A stretch of DNA of 64,000 bases from Acidimicrobiia bacterium (GTDB lineage: Bacteria > Actinomycetota > Acidimicrobiia > Spongiisociales > ZC4RG35), in the NCBI GenBank assembly GCA_965203555.1, contig CBDBCY010000004.1, positions 2,816,001 through 2,880,000 of the forward strand, written 5' to 3'. The notes below the pieces were generated by a model. The model searched no databases. It saw only the letters and a list, made by a program, of their open reading frames with translations, and was not told where the DNA came from. A program made the position numbers and the translations under genes. Positions 9,829-20,560 of this stretch are shown here, piece after piece (the stretch's first letter is position 1; every line of letters starts with the position of its first letter).

Positions 9829-10595
9829 CAGGTGGGATGCGCCAGGACACCCCCATCCACCACCAGGTTGGCGCCGGTGATCCATCGGGCCAGGGGAGAA
9901 ACGAGGAAGAGGCAGGCGTCCGCCACATCTTCGGGGGTTCCCAATCTGGTCAGCGGCGCCGCAGCCTTCCAGCGGACCATCCCCTCCGGCCACTCTTCTT
10001 CCACGCCGCTTCGATAAATCAGTCCCGGGGAGACCGAGTTGACCCTGATGCCGTGTTGGCCGTATTCCAAGGCGGCGGCCCGAGCGTGCATGATCACACC
10101 TGCCTTGGTGACGGCATAGTGACCGTGGAGAAGTCCGGGTTGGCTGCCCTCGATGGAAGAAATGTGGATCACCGATCCCGGAGAACCACGGGAGATGAGA
10201 TGAGCCGCCGCCACCCGGGTAAGGCGATGGACTGCGGTCAGGTTGGTGTCAACCATTGTCTGCCACTCCTCATCGTCCATGTCGGTCATGGAGGCCAGGG
10301 TCTGAACGGCGGCGTTGTTCACCACCGCGTCAAGTTTGCCGAAGGACTCTACTGCGGTCTCGACGATCCGGTCAGGCCCGTCGGAGTGTCTAAGGTCGGC
10401 GGTGACAGCCGCCGACGGGCCGGGAAGGGAGTTGAGAAGCGCTCCCAGGGGAGAGGTGCGGGTGTGGGCGACCACCGTTGCGCCGGCCTGGGAAAACCGC
10501 CGGACGATCCCCTGCCCGATGCCGCCCCCCGCACCGGTAACCGCCACCACCGTCCCCGAGAGGTCCAACATGGCGGCGGGTGACGGAAGAGTCAT
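9825..10595 (-). CDS. Short-chain dehydrogenase/reductase
   Basis: 'TGAGGGIG', 'VNNAA', 'YAVTK', 'ITGANLVVDGG'. Confidence 0.9.
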   Translation of the reverse strand: MTLPSPAAMLDLSGTVVAVTGAGGGIGQGIVRRFSQAGATVVAHTRTSPLGALLNSLPGPSAAVTADLRHSDGPDRIVETAVESFGKLDAVVNNAAVQTLASMTDMDDEEWQTMVDTNLTAVHRLTRVAAAHLISRGSPGSVIHISSIEGSQPGLLHGHYAVTKAGVIMHARAAALEYGQHGIRVNSVSPGLIYRSGVEEEWPEGMVRWKAAAPLTRLGTPEDVADACLFLVSPLARWITGANLVVDGGVLAHPTW

Positions 10596-11050
10596 TGCAG
10601 GACGTGGCCGCGGGTGAGTTCCACAATCCGGTCACCGGCCTGCGGATACCGTCCGGCCAGGTGGGATCGGTCTCCGAGTTCGAAGCCGTCGGGATTCCAT
10701 GGCGGCGCCATGGTGGCGCCCACCAGGGTCCAGTCTCCCAGGGTGGAGGCGCCCATCCACACCCCCGCCGGGACGGTTACGCAGGGTCGTTGGCCGGCCG
10801 CCAAATCCTTTCCGAGGATGGGCTGGTCCACCGATCGGTCGGGATGGAGCAAAAGCATGCCGGCCGCAGCGCCCAGGTAGTGGTGCCAGATCTCGGTCGC
10901 CTCCAGGCGGTGCATGGCGGAAAAGTCACCGGGCCGCATCAGAAAGTAGATGGCGCTTGTGTGATCGTCGAGCCAGATCCGGGTCCACATGCCGCCTTCC
11001 CCGGGAAGGGGTTCGAGGCCCAGCGCAGCGATGACTTCGTCGGCGTTCAT
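10592..11050 (-). CDS. Cupin_5 (DUF985) domain protein
   Basis: 'LGLEPLPGEGG', 'SAIYFL', 'FSAMHRL..TEIWHHYLG', 'VPAGVW', 'MAPPW...GFELG'. Confidence 0.85.
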   Translation of the reverse strand: MNADEVIAALGLEPLPGEGGMWTRIWLDDHTSAIYFLMRPGDFSAMHRLEATEIWHHYLGAAAGMLLLHPDRSVDQPILGKDLAAGQRPCVTVPAGVWMGASTLGDWTLVGATMAPPWNPDGFELGDRSHLAGRYPQAGDRIVELTRGHVLQ

Positions 11051-12360
11051 CCCGCCAGCCGCGCGGCGCGGCGCGCTACGTCTCGTCCCACGGCTTTGAC
11101 ATCCACCGTGAGCACCTCGCCTCCCGACATCACCTGTCTTCCTCCCACCCAGGAGGACCGAACCGCCGACGGGGCGCCCGACCACACCAGCCGGGAGATG
11201 AGATCGTCCTCTCCGGGGATCACCGGGCCGAAGGCCGGGTCGGCAGTGGAGACCGCGATCATGTCGGCCGGATTCCCGGGTGCCAGCCGTCCCAGGTCGG
11301 GGCGGCCTATGGCGTCGGCCGCTTCCCTGGTGACCATCGCCAGAGCGTCACGGGGCAGCAGCGCCGCCGCGTCCTGTGATCGGATCCGGGCCAGGCGCAG
11401 GGCCATACGCATCTCCTCGAACATGTCCAGCCGGTGATGGGAGGCCGGCCCGTCGGTGGCGATCCCCACCGGGATCCCGGCGGCGCGCATCTCCGCCACC
11501 GGGGCGATGCCGGAGGCGTGCTTGCCGTTGGAACATGGGCAGTGGGCCACTCCCGCTTCCGCCGCCGCCAGAATGTCGATGTCGTCGGGCGAGATCCACA
11601 CCGAGTGGGCGGCCATCGTGTGGGAATCCAGGATGCCCACCCGCTGCAGGTAGGCCGTGGCCGACATGCCGGTCTGCTTCCGCACCGCCTCCACCTCCCA
11701 CTCCTGCTCGTCGACATGGATGTGGACCAGCATCTGGTGAGCGTCCGCCGCCTCGGCCACTCCCTCCAGGCATTGTTCTGACAGCGAATACACCGCGTGG
11801 GGGCCGATGCCCACCTGGATCAGGTTGCTTCCCTCCCAACGCCGGGCAAGTTCGGTCATCTCGTCCAACTGGTCCTGCCATGTGCCGAACCTGCTCAGTT
11901 TGGCGTCTTCGATGAGAGGAGCGGTGACCACGCACCGCAGTCCCGCCCAGGCCGCTCCGGCCGCCACTGCTTCGCCGCAGAAATACATCTCCATCGAGGT
12001 CGTTACGCCACCGGCCAAGAGTTCCGCGGCGCCGGCTGCCATCCCGATCTCCACGTCCTCGGGGGTGAGACGGGCCTCCCGAGGCCACATCACCTCGCGC
12101 AGCCACCGGTCCACCGGCAGGTTTTCTCCGGCCCCTCTCAACAGCGCCATGGGAGTGTGGCAGTGGATATTCACCATTCCGGGAAGCAAAACGCCCTCCA
12201 CCCGTTCGGTGGTGGCTTCGGCACGAGTCGGGGCATCCTCGGCCCTTCCCACCCACGCCACTCTTCCCTCTTCCACATCCACCACTCCCGGTGAGTGGAT
12301 GGCGCCTTCGGGGTCCATCGGAACCACATAATCGGCCAGATATCGAGAGGTCTGGGTCAT
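11047..12360 (-). CDS. mtaD: Amidohydrolase, MTA/SAH (5'-deoxyadenosine) deaminase-like
   Basis: 'PGMVNIHCH', 'GPHAVYS', 'HIHVDE', 'AAHSVW', 'HCPCSN', 'ATDG'. Confidence 0.8.
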   Translation of the reverse strand: MTQTSRYLADYVVPMDPEGAIHSPGVVDVEEGRVAWVGRAEDAPTRAEATTERVEGVLLPGMVNIHCHTPMALLRGAGENLPVDRWLREVMWPREARLTPEDVEIGMAAGAAELLAGGVTTSMEMYFCGEAVAAGAAWAGLRCVVTAPLIEDAKLSRFGTWQDQLDEMTELARRWEGSNLIQVGIGPHAVYSLSEQCLEGVAEAADAHQMLVHIHVDEQEWEVEAVRKQTGMSATAYLQRVGILDSHTMAAHSVWISPDDIDILAAAEAGVAHCPCSNGKHASGIAPVAEMRAAGIPVGIATDGPASHHRLDMFEEMRMALRLARIRSQDAAALLPRDALAMVTREAADAIGRPDLGRLAPGNPADMIAVSTADPAFGPVIPGEDDLISRLVWSGAPSAVRSSWVGGRQVMSGGEVLTVDVKAVGRDVARRAARLAG

Positions 12361-12384
12361 CTGGCTATAGGCTAGATACTTGCC

Positions 12385-13455
<1,071 letters not shown>

Positions 13456-13475
13456 CTTACCAAGGAGGTAATCCG

Positions 13476-14507
13476 ATGAAGAACCGCAAGATGATCATCG
13501 GCATCTGCGCGATGCTGGCCCTTGCCCTACTGGCCTCGGCCTGCGGCGGCGAGGAAGAGGCCGAGGCGGAAGGGCCAAGCCTGATCTATGTGACTCCCAA
13601 CCCGATCGGCGTCAACAAGTTCCTTGAACTCGGCCAGGTAGGCACACAGAGGGTGGCCGAGGAACTGGGTGGAACCTGGAAGACCTTCGAGTCGACCAAC
13701 GACTCCGACCGCCGGGCCAACATCGAGGCCGCCATCGACGAGGCGCCCGATGTGGTGGTGTTGACCACCTTCACCCTGGTCGAGTTGGCCGATGAACTGT
13801 CCAAGGCCAATCCCGACCAGCAGTTCATCCTGATCGACGCCTGTCCCGACGAGCCCGCCGCCAACCTGCACTGCGGAGTGTTCCGCGAGCACGAGGGGGC
13901 CTACCTGCTGGGCATCATGGCCGGCCGTCTCAGCCAGGCCAAGGAGATCGGTTCGGTGGTGGCGCTCGACATTCCCTTCCTCCATCGCTGGTCCGACAGC
14001 TTCGCGCTGGGCGCCCAGAGCATCGATGCCTCCATCACCGACACGCAGGTGTTCATCGGGGGCGACAACCCCTTCTCCGATCCCGCCCGCGCCAAGGAGC
14101 AGGCCCTAGCGGTGGCGGCCCGTGGCGCAGACCACATCTTCGCGGTGGGCGCCGGGTCCAACGGCGGCATCTTCGAGGCTGCCGTGCAGGAAGGGTTCCT
14201 GAGCTACGGCGTCGACGTCAACCAGTGCCCCGAGGCTCCGGGACACATCGTCGACAACAACCTGAAGCTGGTGGACGTGCTGGTCGAGCAGTTGGCCAAG
14301 CAGGTCCTCGACGGAACCGCCGGTCCGGTGGTTGCCTTCGGGCTGGCCGAGGGAGGTACTGGCGTGATGGCGCTGGAGTCGGACGAGGTGTTGGCGGACA
14401 GCCAGTGCGTGATTGCCGATCATCCCGACATCGTCGCTGAAGTCCGTGACGCCCGGGACGCCATCGTCAGCGGCGACATCGTGGTCCCCGACCCCCTGTT
14501 CGGCTGA
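13476..14507 (+). CDS. BMP-family nucleoside ABC transporter substrate-binding lipoprotein
   Basis: Lipobox LASAC, 'FREHEGAYLLG', 'FSDPARAKEQA', 'GVDVNQ'; GGAGG RBS. Confidence 0.9.
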   Translation: MKNRKMIIGICAMLALALLASACGGEEEAEAEGPSLIYVTPNPIGVNKFLELGQVGTQRVAEELGGTWKTFESTNDSDRRANIEAAIDEAPDVVVLTTFTLVELADELSKANPDQQFILIDACPDEPAANLHCGVFREHEGAYLLGIMAGRLSQAKEIGSVVALDIPFLHRWSDSFALGAQSIDASITDTQVFIGGDNPFSDPARAKEQALAVAARGADHIFAVGAGSNGGIFEAAVQEGFLSYGVDVNQCPEAPGHIVDNNLKLVDVLVEQLAKQVLDGTAGPVVAFGLAEGGTGVMALESDEVLADSQCVIADHPDIVAEVRDARDAIVSGDIVVPDPLFG

Positions 14508-14511
14508 TTAC

Positions 14512-16035
14512 TTGACATTTGAACTGGAGCTGCGCGGGATAACCAAGCGGTACCCCGGCGTCCTGGCCAACGACGCGGTGGACCTGGCGGTGCGTCCCGC
14601 GCAGATCCATGCCATCGTGGGAGAGAACGGGGCGGGCAAGACCACTCTGATGTCGCTGCTGTACGGACTGTTTCCCCCCGATGATGGCGAGATTTTCATC
14701 CGGGGGGAACGGGTCCGGTTCGCTTCCGCCCTGGATGCCATCGCTGCCGGGCTGGGGATGGTGCACCAGTCTTTCAAGCTGTTTCCCACCCTGAGTGTGG
14801 CCGACAATGTGGTTTTCCGCCAGGAGCCGACCCGTCGCGGCCTGATCGACCGAGCGGCCAGCGCCGCCCGGGTGCGGGATCTGGCCGAACAGTATGGCTT
14901 GGCGGTGGATCCCGAGGCTGCGGTGGAGGATCTTCCCGTGGGGGTGCTGCAACGGGTTGAGATACTGAAGGCCCTCTACCGCGACGCCCAGGTCTTGATT
15001 CTGGACGAGCCCACCGCGGTCCTCACTCCCCAGGAGCGGGACCAACTGTTTGAAGTCATCAGGAGACTGCGGGACGCGGGACGCACCATTTTGTTCATCA
15101 CCCACAAGCTGGGGGAGGTAATGGCCATCTCCGACCGTGTCACTGTGCTCCGCAACGGCCGGGCCGTGGCCCACCTGGTGACCGCCGAGACCAATCCGGC
15201 CGAGATCACCCTGCACATGACCGGCCGGGCGGTCGATCTGGATCGGAGGGCCCCCGAACACGATCCCGACCAGGTGGTCCTGGAGGTCAGCAACCTGACC
15301 GTGCTGGGCGGGCATGGACGTCCGGTGGTTGAGGATGCCGACCTCGACGTGAGATCAGGTGAGATAGTGGGTATTGCCGGAGTGGCGGGGAACGGGCAGA
15401 GCGAGTTGATCGAAGCTCTGTGCGGGCTGCGAGAGACGGATGCAGGATCGGTCACCCTTTCGGGAAGAGACATCAGCCATGTCGATGTTGCCGGGAGGCG
15501 AGCGGCCGGACTGGCTTACATACCGGAGGACCGGTACGGAGTGGGCACCACCCGCCAAGCCTCGGTCTCCGAGAATCTTCTCATGGGTCATCAACGCCGG
15601 CCGAGAATCCAGCGAAGGGGGTGGTTCGACCGGGAGGCGGTGGGGGGACTGACCCGACGGCTGGTGGAAGTGTTCGGGATCAAGGTGGGTTCGGTGTCCG
15701 GCCCGGTTGCCAACCTTTCGGGCGGCAACCTGCAGAAAGTAGTGGTTGCCAGGGAGATGGACCATGGCACTCCACTGCTGATCGCCGAGCAGCCCACCCG
15801 CGGTCTGGACATCGGCGCCATCGAGTTTGTCCACGGCCGGTTGATCGAGTACCGCGACCAGGGAGGAGCGGTGCTGTTGGTGTCGGCCGAACTGTCGGAG
15901 ATCCTGGCGCTGAGCACCCGCATCCTGGTGATGTTCGAGGGGCGTATCGTGGCGAGCCTCGACCCCCGCCGTGTCGCCGAGCCCGAGATCGGCCTCTACA
16001 TGACTGGGGCGCACGTGGAGGCGGCGGTTGCTTAG
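14512..16035 (+). CDS. Nucleoside/sugar ABC transporter ATP-binding protein (two NBDs)
   Basis: 'GENGAGKTTL', 'ILDEPTAVL', 'LSGGNLQK', 'QPTRGLD'. Confidence 0.92.
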   Translation: MTFELELRGITKRYPGVLANDAVDLAVRPAQIHAIVGENGAGKTTLMSLLYGLFPPDDGEIFIRGERVRFASALDAIAAGLGMVHQSFKLFPTLSVADNVVFRQEPTRRGLIDRAASAARVRDLAEQYGLAVDPEAAVEDLPVGVLQRVEILKALYRDAQVLILDEPTAVLTPQERDQLFEVIRRLRDAGRTILFITHKLGEVMAISDRVTVLRNGRAVAHLVTAETNPAEITLHMTGRAVDLDRRAPEHDPDQVVLEVSNLTVLGGHGRPVVEDADLDVRSGEIVGIAGVAGNGQSELIEALCGLRETDAGSVTLSGRDISHVDVAGRRAAGLAYIPEDRYGVGTTRQASVSENLLMGHQRRPRIQRRGWFDREAVGGLTRRLVEVFGIKVGSVSGPVANLSGGNLQKVVVAREMDHGTPLLIAEQPTRGLDIGAIEFVHGRLIEYRDQGGAVLLVSAELSEILALSTRILVMFEGRIVASLDPRRVAEPEIGLYMTGAHVEAAVA

Positions 16036-17122
16036 GCGGTTCTTGGACGAATTGCGGAGTATGAGCCGGCGGGCGCTGGTGAGCCCGGTGACCTTCTCCC
16101 TGCTGTTCGCCTTTGCCCTGGCGGCCGCCATCGTGGCCGTCACCGGCGGCGACCCCTTGGCTGCGGGGGAGGAGATGTTCACGGGCGCGGTCACCGGTTC
16201 CGGATTGCGCAACACTTTGGGCAGGGCCATCCCCATAGTGGGCATGGCGCTGGCGGTCTCCATCGCCTTCCGATCGGGAATCATCAACCTGGGGGGAGAG
16301 GGACAGATGGTGATCGGCGGTCTGGCGGGCACGATCGTGGCCATCTATCTGCCCGGTCCGGGATTCCTGGTCGTTCCTGCGGCCATGATCACCGGAGCAG
16401 CGGTAGGCGCCCTGTGGGCCTTGCTGCCCGCCTATGGTCAAACAAGGCTGCGGCTTCCCATCCTCATCACCAGCCTGCTCCTCAACTACGTGGCGCGCGC
16501 CATCACCGGATACCTGGTCCGGTTTCCGCTGTCCGACGTTTCGGTCACCTTGGCGACCACCCGCCAGGTCCCCGAGTCCGCCCGGATGCCGAAGATGCCG
16601 GTCTTCGGAGGGGTCAGCCTGTCCTTGATTCTTGTCATGTTGCTGGTGGTGCTGCTCTGGATGGTCTACACCCGCACCGTGGCGGGCTACGAGACGCAGA
16701 TGGCCGGCTTCAACATGCGTTCGGCCCGCTACGGGGGCATCGACGTGGAGCAGCGGACGGTACAGGTGATGGTGGTGGGCGGAGCGATCGGGGGCCTGAT
16801 CGGGACCCATCTCATCATCGGCGAGGCGCTTCGCTTCATAGACGGGGAACTGGTGCTGAGCGGCTTTGCCTGGACCGGTCTCCTGGTCGCCCTCCTGGCC
16901 GTGAACCGTCCCATCCCCATTTTCGTCACGGGATTGTTCTTCTCGGGTCTGCAGATCGGCGGCCTGGCCATGCAGCGCAACGCCGGTGTTTCGTGGCGCC
17001 TGTCGCAGGTCCTGCAGGCGGTGGTGATCGTGGCGGTGGCCTGCCGTCTTGCCATCCGACGCAGTGATCGCCGACCTTCGGAAGCGGGAGAAGCCGAGGC
17101 TGCGGGAGTGGGGGAGGTCTGA
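16028..17122 (+). CDS. Nucleoside ABC transporter permease 1
   Basis: 'FRSGIINLGGEGQ', 'ITSLLLNY', 'SARYGGI'; multiple TM segments. Confidence 0.9.
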   Translation: MLRRFLDELRSMSRRALVSPVTFSLLFAFALAAAIVAVTGGDPLAAGEEMFTGAVTGSGLRNTLGRAIPIVGMALAVSIAFRSGIINLGGEGQMVIGGLAGTIVAIYLPGPGFLVVPAAMITGAAVGALWALLPAYGQTRLRLPILITSLLLNYVARAITGYLVRFPLSDVSVTLATTRQVPESARMPKMPVFGGVSLSLILVMLLVVLLWMVYTRTVAGYETQMAGFNMRSARYGGIDVEQRTVQVMVVGGAIGGLIGTHLIIGEALRFIDGELVLSGFAWTGLLVALLAVNRPIPIFVTGLFFSGLQIGGLAMQRNAGVSWRLSQVLQAVVIVAVACRLAIRRSDRRPSEAGEAEAAGVGEV

Positions 17123-18039
17123 TGTTCGAGCAGATCTTCGACACCGCCCTGTTCGACTCGGCCACCCGGGCGATGATCCCCATCCTGCTGGCGGCCCTGG
17201 GCGGGATGATCTGCGAGCGGGCGGGGGTGTTCCAGATCGCGCTGGAGGGAATCATGCTGGCCGGGGCGTTCGCGGCGGTCGCCGGTTCCTACCTGGCGCT
17301 GAATTCCGGTGTGGGGGTGATGTTCGGGATGGCGGCCGGGATGCTGATCTCCCTGGCGCTCGCCTACGGAACGGTCACCCGCCGCGGCGATTCCATCGTG
17401 TTGGGAATCGCCCTGAACCTTCTGGCCATGGGACTCACCGGGTTCCTGCTGCCGCAGCTCTTCGATGTGCGGGGAGTGTTCCAGCATCCCCGGATCGACG
17501 GATTGGACCGGATCGCCGTTCCCGGCCTGTCCCAGATTCCCTGGGTCGGTCCGGTCCTGTTCGACAACACCGTTCTCACCTACGTGGCGCTGTTGCTGGT
17601 GCCCGCGCTGTGGGTGTTCCTGTTCCGCTCGCCGATCGGGCTGCGTCTGCGGGGTGTGGGCGAGCGTCCCCTGGCTGCCGAGACCCTGGGCGTCAGCCCC
17701 ACCGTGTACAAGTACGGGGCGGTGCTGGCTTCCGGCGCCCTGGCCGGGATAGCCGGCGCCCAGCTTTCGCTCGGCAACGTGGTGCAGTTCGCCGAGAACA
17801 TGTCCAGCGGCCGGGGGTGGGTGGCGGTGGTGGCGGTGATGCTGGGCAGGGCCCACCCGGTCGGGGTCCTGGCGGCCGCCGCCCTCTTCGCCCTGGCGGA
17901 AGCGCTCGGCTTCCGCTTCCAGGGCAACGGCCTGCCGGTACAGGTCACCGACGCCCTCCCGTTCGTGGTAACCCTGATAGCCCTGATCGTCGCCCGAAAA
18001 CGCTTCGCCCGCCTCCTCGACCTGACCACCGCCGGCTAA
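17122..18039 (+). CDS. Nucleoside ABC transporter permease 2
   Basis: 'ERAGVFQIALEG', 'GLRLRGVGERP', 'SGRGWVA', 'LPFVVTL'. Confidence 0.9.
   Translation: MFEQIFDTALFDSATRAMIPILLAALGGMICERAGVFQIALEGIMLAGAFAAVAGSYLALNSGVGVMFGMAAGMLISLALAYGTVTRRGDSIVLGIALNLLAMGLTGFLLPQLFDVRGVFQHPRIDGLDRIAVPGLSQIPWVGPVLFDNTVLTYVALLLVPALWVFLFRSPIGLRLRGVGERPLAAETLGVSPTVYKYGAVLASGALAGIAGAQLSLGNVVQFAENMSSGRGWVAVVAVMLGRAHPVGVLAAAALFALAEALGFRFQGNGLPVQVTDALPFVVTLIALIVARKRFARLLDLTTAG
17985..18032 (+). repeat. 48 bp direct repeat, copy 1 (3' end of permease gene)
   Basis: gatcgtcgcccgaaaacgcttcgcccgcctcctcgacctgaccaccgc, identical to 19397-19444. Confidence 0.95.
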
Positions 18040-18135
18040 CGCTATCCACGGTCGGACAATCTTTACTGTAGGTTGGCAAACTTCTCCCTCCTGGGCGGGC
18101 ACTCCGGTTTGGTGTGATCACTAGCGTTGGGCTCA

Positions 18136-19263
18136 TGACGGTGGCCGTTTCGGAGCCGGTGTTCATCTCCGTCGATGATCTCCGGTTTGATCAGGTCAAC
18201 CCGCGTTTCCACGGGGAGGAACAGGGCGAGCCGCAGGAAGCCATCCTGAAACGACTCTGGCGCGAGTTTGCCGTGGATGAAATCGCACTGTCGATCGCCG
18301 CCGCCGGGTTCTTCCTTCATGATCCGGTTTTCGCGATCCCTGATGGAAGGAGTGGGTGAATCTTCCTATGTGGTTATAGAGGGCAATCGGCGGCTGGCCG
18401 CGGTCAAGCTGTTGCGGTCGAGGAACCTGCGACGCAAGGTAAAGGCGACCGACCTGCCCGGCATCAACGAAGAGGATCGACGAAGACTGGACACGATCCC
18501 GGTAATCGTCACCAGCCGGAAGGAAATCTGGCCGCTGATCGGCTTCAAGCACATAAACGGACCGCAACACTGGGACTCCATGGCCAAAGCCGAATACATC
18601 GCTTGGGTGTTCAGGGAGACGGGGGTACCTCTCATGGACATTGCCCTACAACTTGGCGATCGTCACGACACCGTCGTACGGTTGTACAGTGGTCTCACAG
18701 TGCTGGAGCAAGCAGAATCGGCAGACCAATTCCACCGTAAGGACCGCTTCTTTAAGTTCTTCCACTTTTATCACCTCTACACCGCACTCGGTTACCGAGG
18801 AGTGATGGACTATCTCGGCACCAGTAGTGAAAAACTCCGTTCTGCCCATGACGAGCCGGTACCGCCTGACAAGCTTGATAACCTGGGTCGATTGTGCCGT
18901 TGGCTCTACGGCGACAAGACCCGCAGCGAACCGCCCTTGGTTAGACGCCAGAATCCTGATCTGCGAGATCTGAGCACAACATTGGAAACCGAGGTGGGCA
19001 GGGCGGCATTGGAGAGCGGGCAAGGCTTGAAGAGGGCACTAGATATTACCAAGGGTGACACGCGAATCCTTCGAGACGCACTGATAGAAGCGAAGATTGC
19101 CTTGCAGACAGCCAGAGGCAGAGTGGCAACAGGGTATGCGGATGCTCCCGACATACGGGATTACGCCAGGGATGTCCTTGTGCTGGCGCGTGCTGTAGAT
19201 GAAGATATCCGGCAAATGGATGCGACAACGATCACTCGAGATGGCTACTCCGGCTATCGATGA
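18136..19263 (+). pseudogene. ParB/Sulfiredoxin N-terminal domain protein of the RM-associated type, frameshifted near 18345
   Basis: 'LRFDQVNPRF...IALSIAAAGFF..DPVF' in one frame continues as 'YVVIEGNRRLAAVKLL...GFKHINGPQHWDSMAKAEYI' in the next. Confidence 0.75.
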
Positions 19264-19396
19264 TCAGCACGCGGATTACTTGGAGTTGTTGGCCTTGATG
19301 ATGGACGACAGATCGGCTTCCATGAGCGACGTGGGTAGAGACCTCGCTCAGGATGGGGGTTTGGGCGAACTGCCCGGAGAAGCGGATTCTGCCCAG
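19241..19396 (+). pseudogene. Truncated N-terminus of ParB-partner hypothetical protein
   Basis: 'MATPAIDDQHADYLELLALMMDDRSASMSDVGRDL' overlaps the ParB-like stop and is cut exactly at the 48 bp repeat. Confidence 0.45.
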
Positions 19397-19444
19397 GATC
19401 GTCGCCCGAAAACGCTTCGCCCGCCTCCTCGACCTGACCACCGC
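19397..19444 (+). repeat. 48 bp direct repeat, copy 2
   Basis: Identical to 17985-18032; followed by ggcgtaa versus cggctaa in copy 1. Confidence 0.95.
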
Positions 19445-19631
19445 GGCGTAATCAACCTCCACACCTGGTTTGTCACAGCAGCTGACCAATCTGAGGAGAT
19501 AGCCCGGAAGCATATAGATGACAATATTGGGAGGTTGTATGGAAAGGGTGGTGCAGGGTTTTCTAGAACTGGGTAGGAATCATTCAAAAGGGAGAAGCTC
19601 TCGGACCACCGGTTACCTCATCCAATCGGGG

Positions 19632-20528
19632 ATGACCGGTAAAATTGATCCCATCGGATTGCAGCAGATCGAAATATCGCCCATTCCTGCGGTCAATGTT
19701 GCTTCGGTACCGCAACGTAGCCCGCTCCGGTACCCCGGCGGCAAGACCTGGCTGGTTCCTCACATTCGCGCCTGGCTGGAGGACTACTCAGAAAGACCCG
19801 GTTTGCTGCTTGAACCCTTCGCCGGGGGTGGGATTGTCTCGTTGACCGCTGTGATGGAAGATCTGGTGGACCAGTGTCTCTTGGTTGAACTGGACCGCGA
19901 TGTCGCTGCCCTTTGGCACGCCGCTCTTCGAAATGGAGACGAGCTTGCCGAGAAGGTGCTGTGCTTCACTCCTACCAGGGATGCAGTGCACTCTTTGATG
20001 GCCCGAGTGCCTGAGAATGTCCTGGAGCACGGCTTCCGCACCCTCGTGTTGAACCGTACCCGTAGGGGCGGAATCCTCGCTCCCGGCGCATCTTTCACCA
20101 AGAGAGGGGAGAATGGGAAGGGGCTGGCGTCTCGTTGGTACCCGGAGACGATCGCCAAGCGGTTGGGGGAGATTGCCAAACACGCAAACCGTATCGGCTT
20201 TTGCGAGACCGATGGAATGCAGATGCTATCGGCATTCTTGCATCAACTCGGTGAAGGAGTCGTGCTCTTCATCGATCCTCCCTATACGGCAGGTGGCAAG
20301 CGGGCAGGGAGGCGTCTTTACGCTCACAACGAGTTGGACCATCCCCGGCTTTTTGAGATGCTTGCTGAGAGCGACGCTGATTTCCTCATGACCTACGATC
20401 TGTCGTCGGAGATTGTTACCTTGGTGCGGGAACACGGCTTTCACGCAGTCCAAGTAATCATGAAGAACACCCACCATGCCCGCATCCCGGAACTAGTGAT
20501 CACTCCACGGCCCGTCTTCGGGCCATGA
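19632..20528 (+). CDS. D12-class DNA adenine methyltransferase (Dam-like)
   Basis: 'SPLRYPGGKTWL', 'EPFAGGG', 'FIDPPY'; start uncertain (ORF open from 19518). Confidence 0.88.
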   Translation: MTGKIDPIGLQQIEISPIPAVNVASVPQRSPLRYPGGKTWLVPHIRAWLEDYSERPGLLLEPFAGGGIVSLTAVMEDLVDQCLLVELDRDVAALWHAALRNGDELAEKVLCFTPTRDAVHSLMARVPENVLEHGFRTLVLNRTRRGGILAPGASFTKRGENGKGLASRWYPETIAKRLGEIAKHANRIGFCETDGMQMLSAFLHQLGEGVVLFIDPPYTAGGKRAGRRLYAHNELDHPRLFEMLAESDADFLMTYDLSSEIVTLVREHGFHAVQVIMKNTHHARIPELVITPRPVFGP

Positions 20529-20560
20529 CAACCCGTTTCTTCGGGCCATGACAACTCGTT
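20515..20560 (+). repeat. 23 bp tandem duplication at the MTase/REase junction
   Basis: tcttcgggccatgacaacccgtt / tcttcgggccatgacaactcgtt. Confidence 0.9.
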
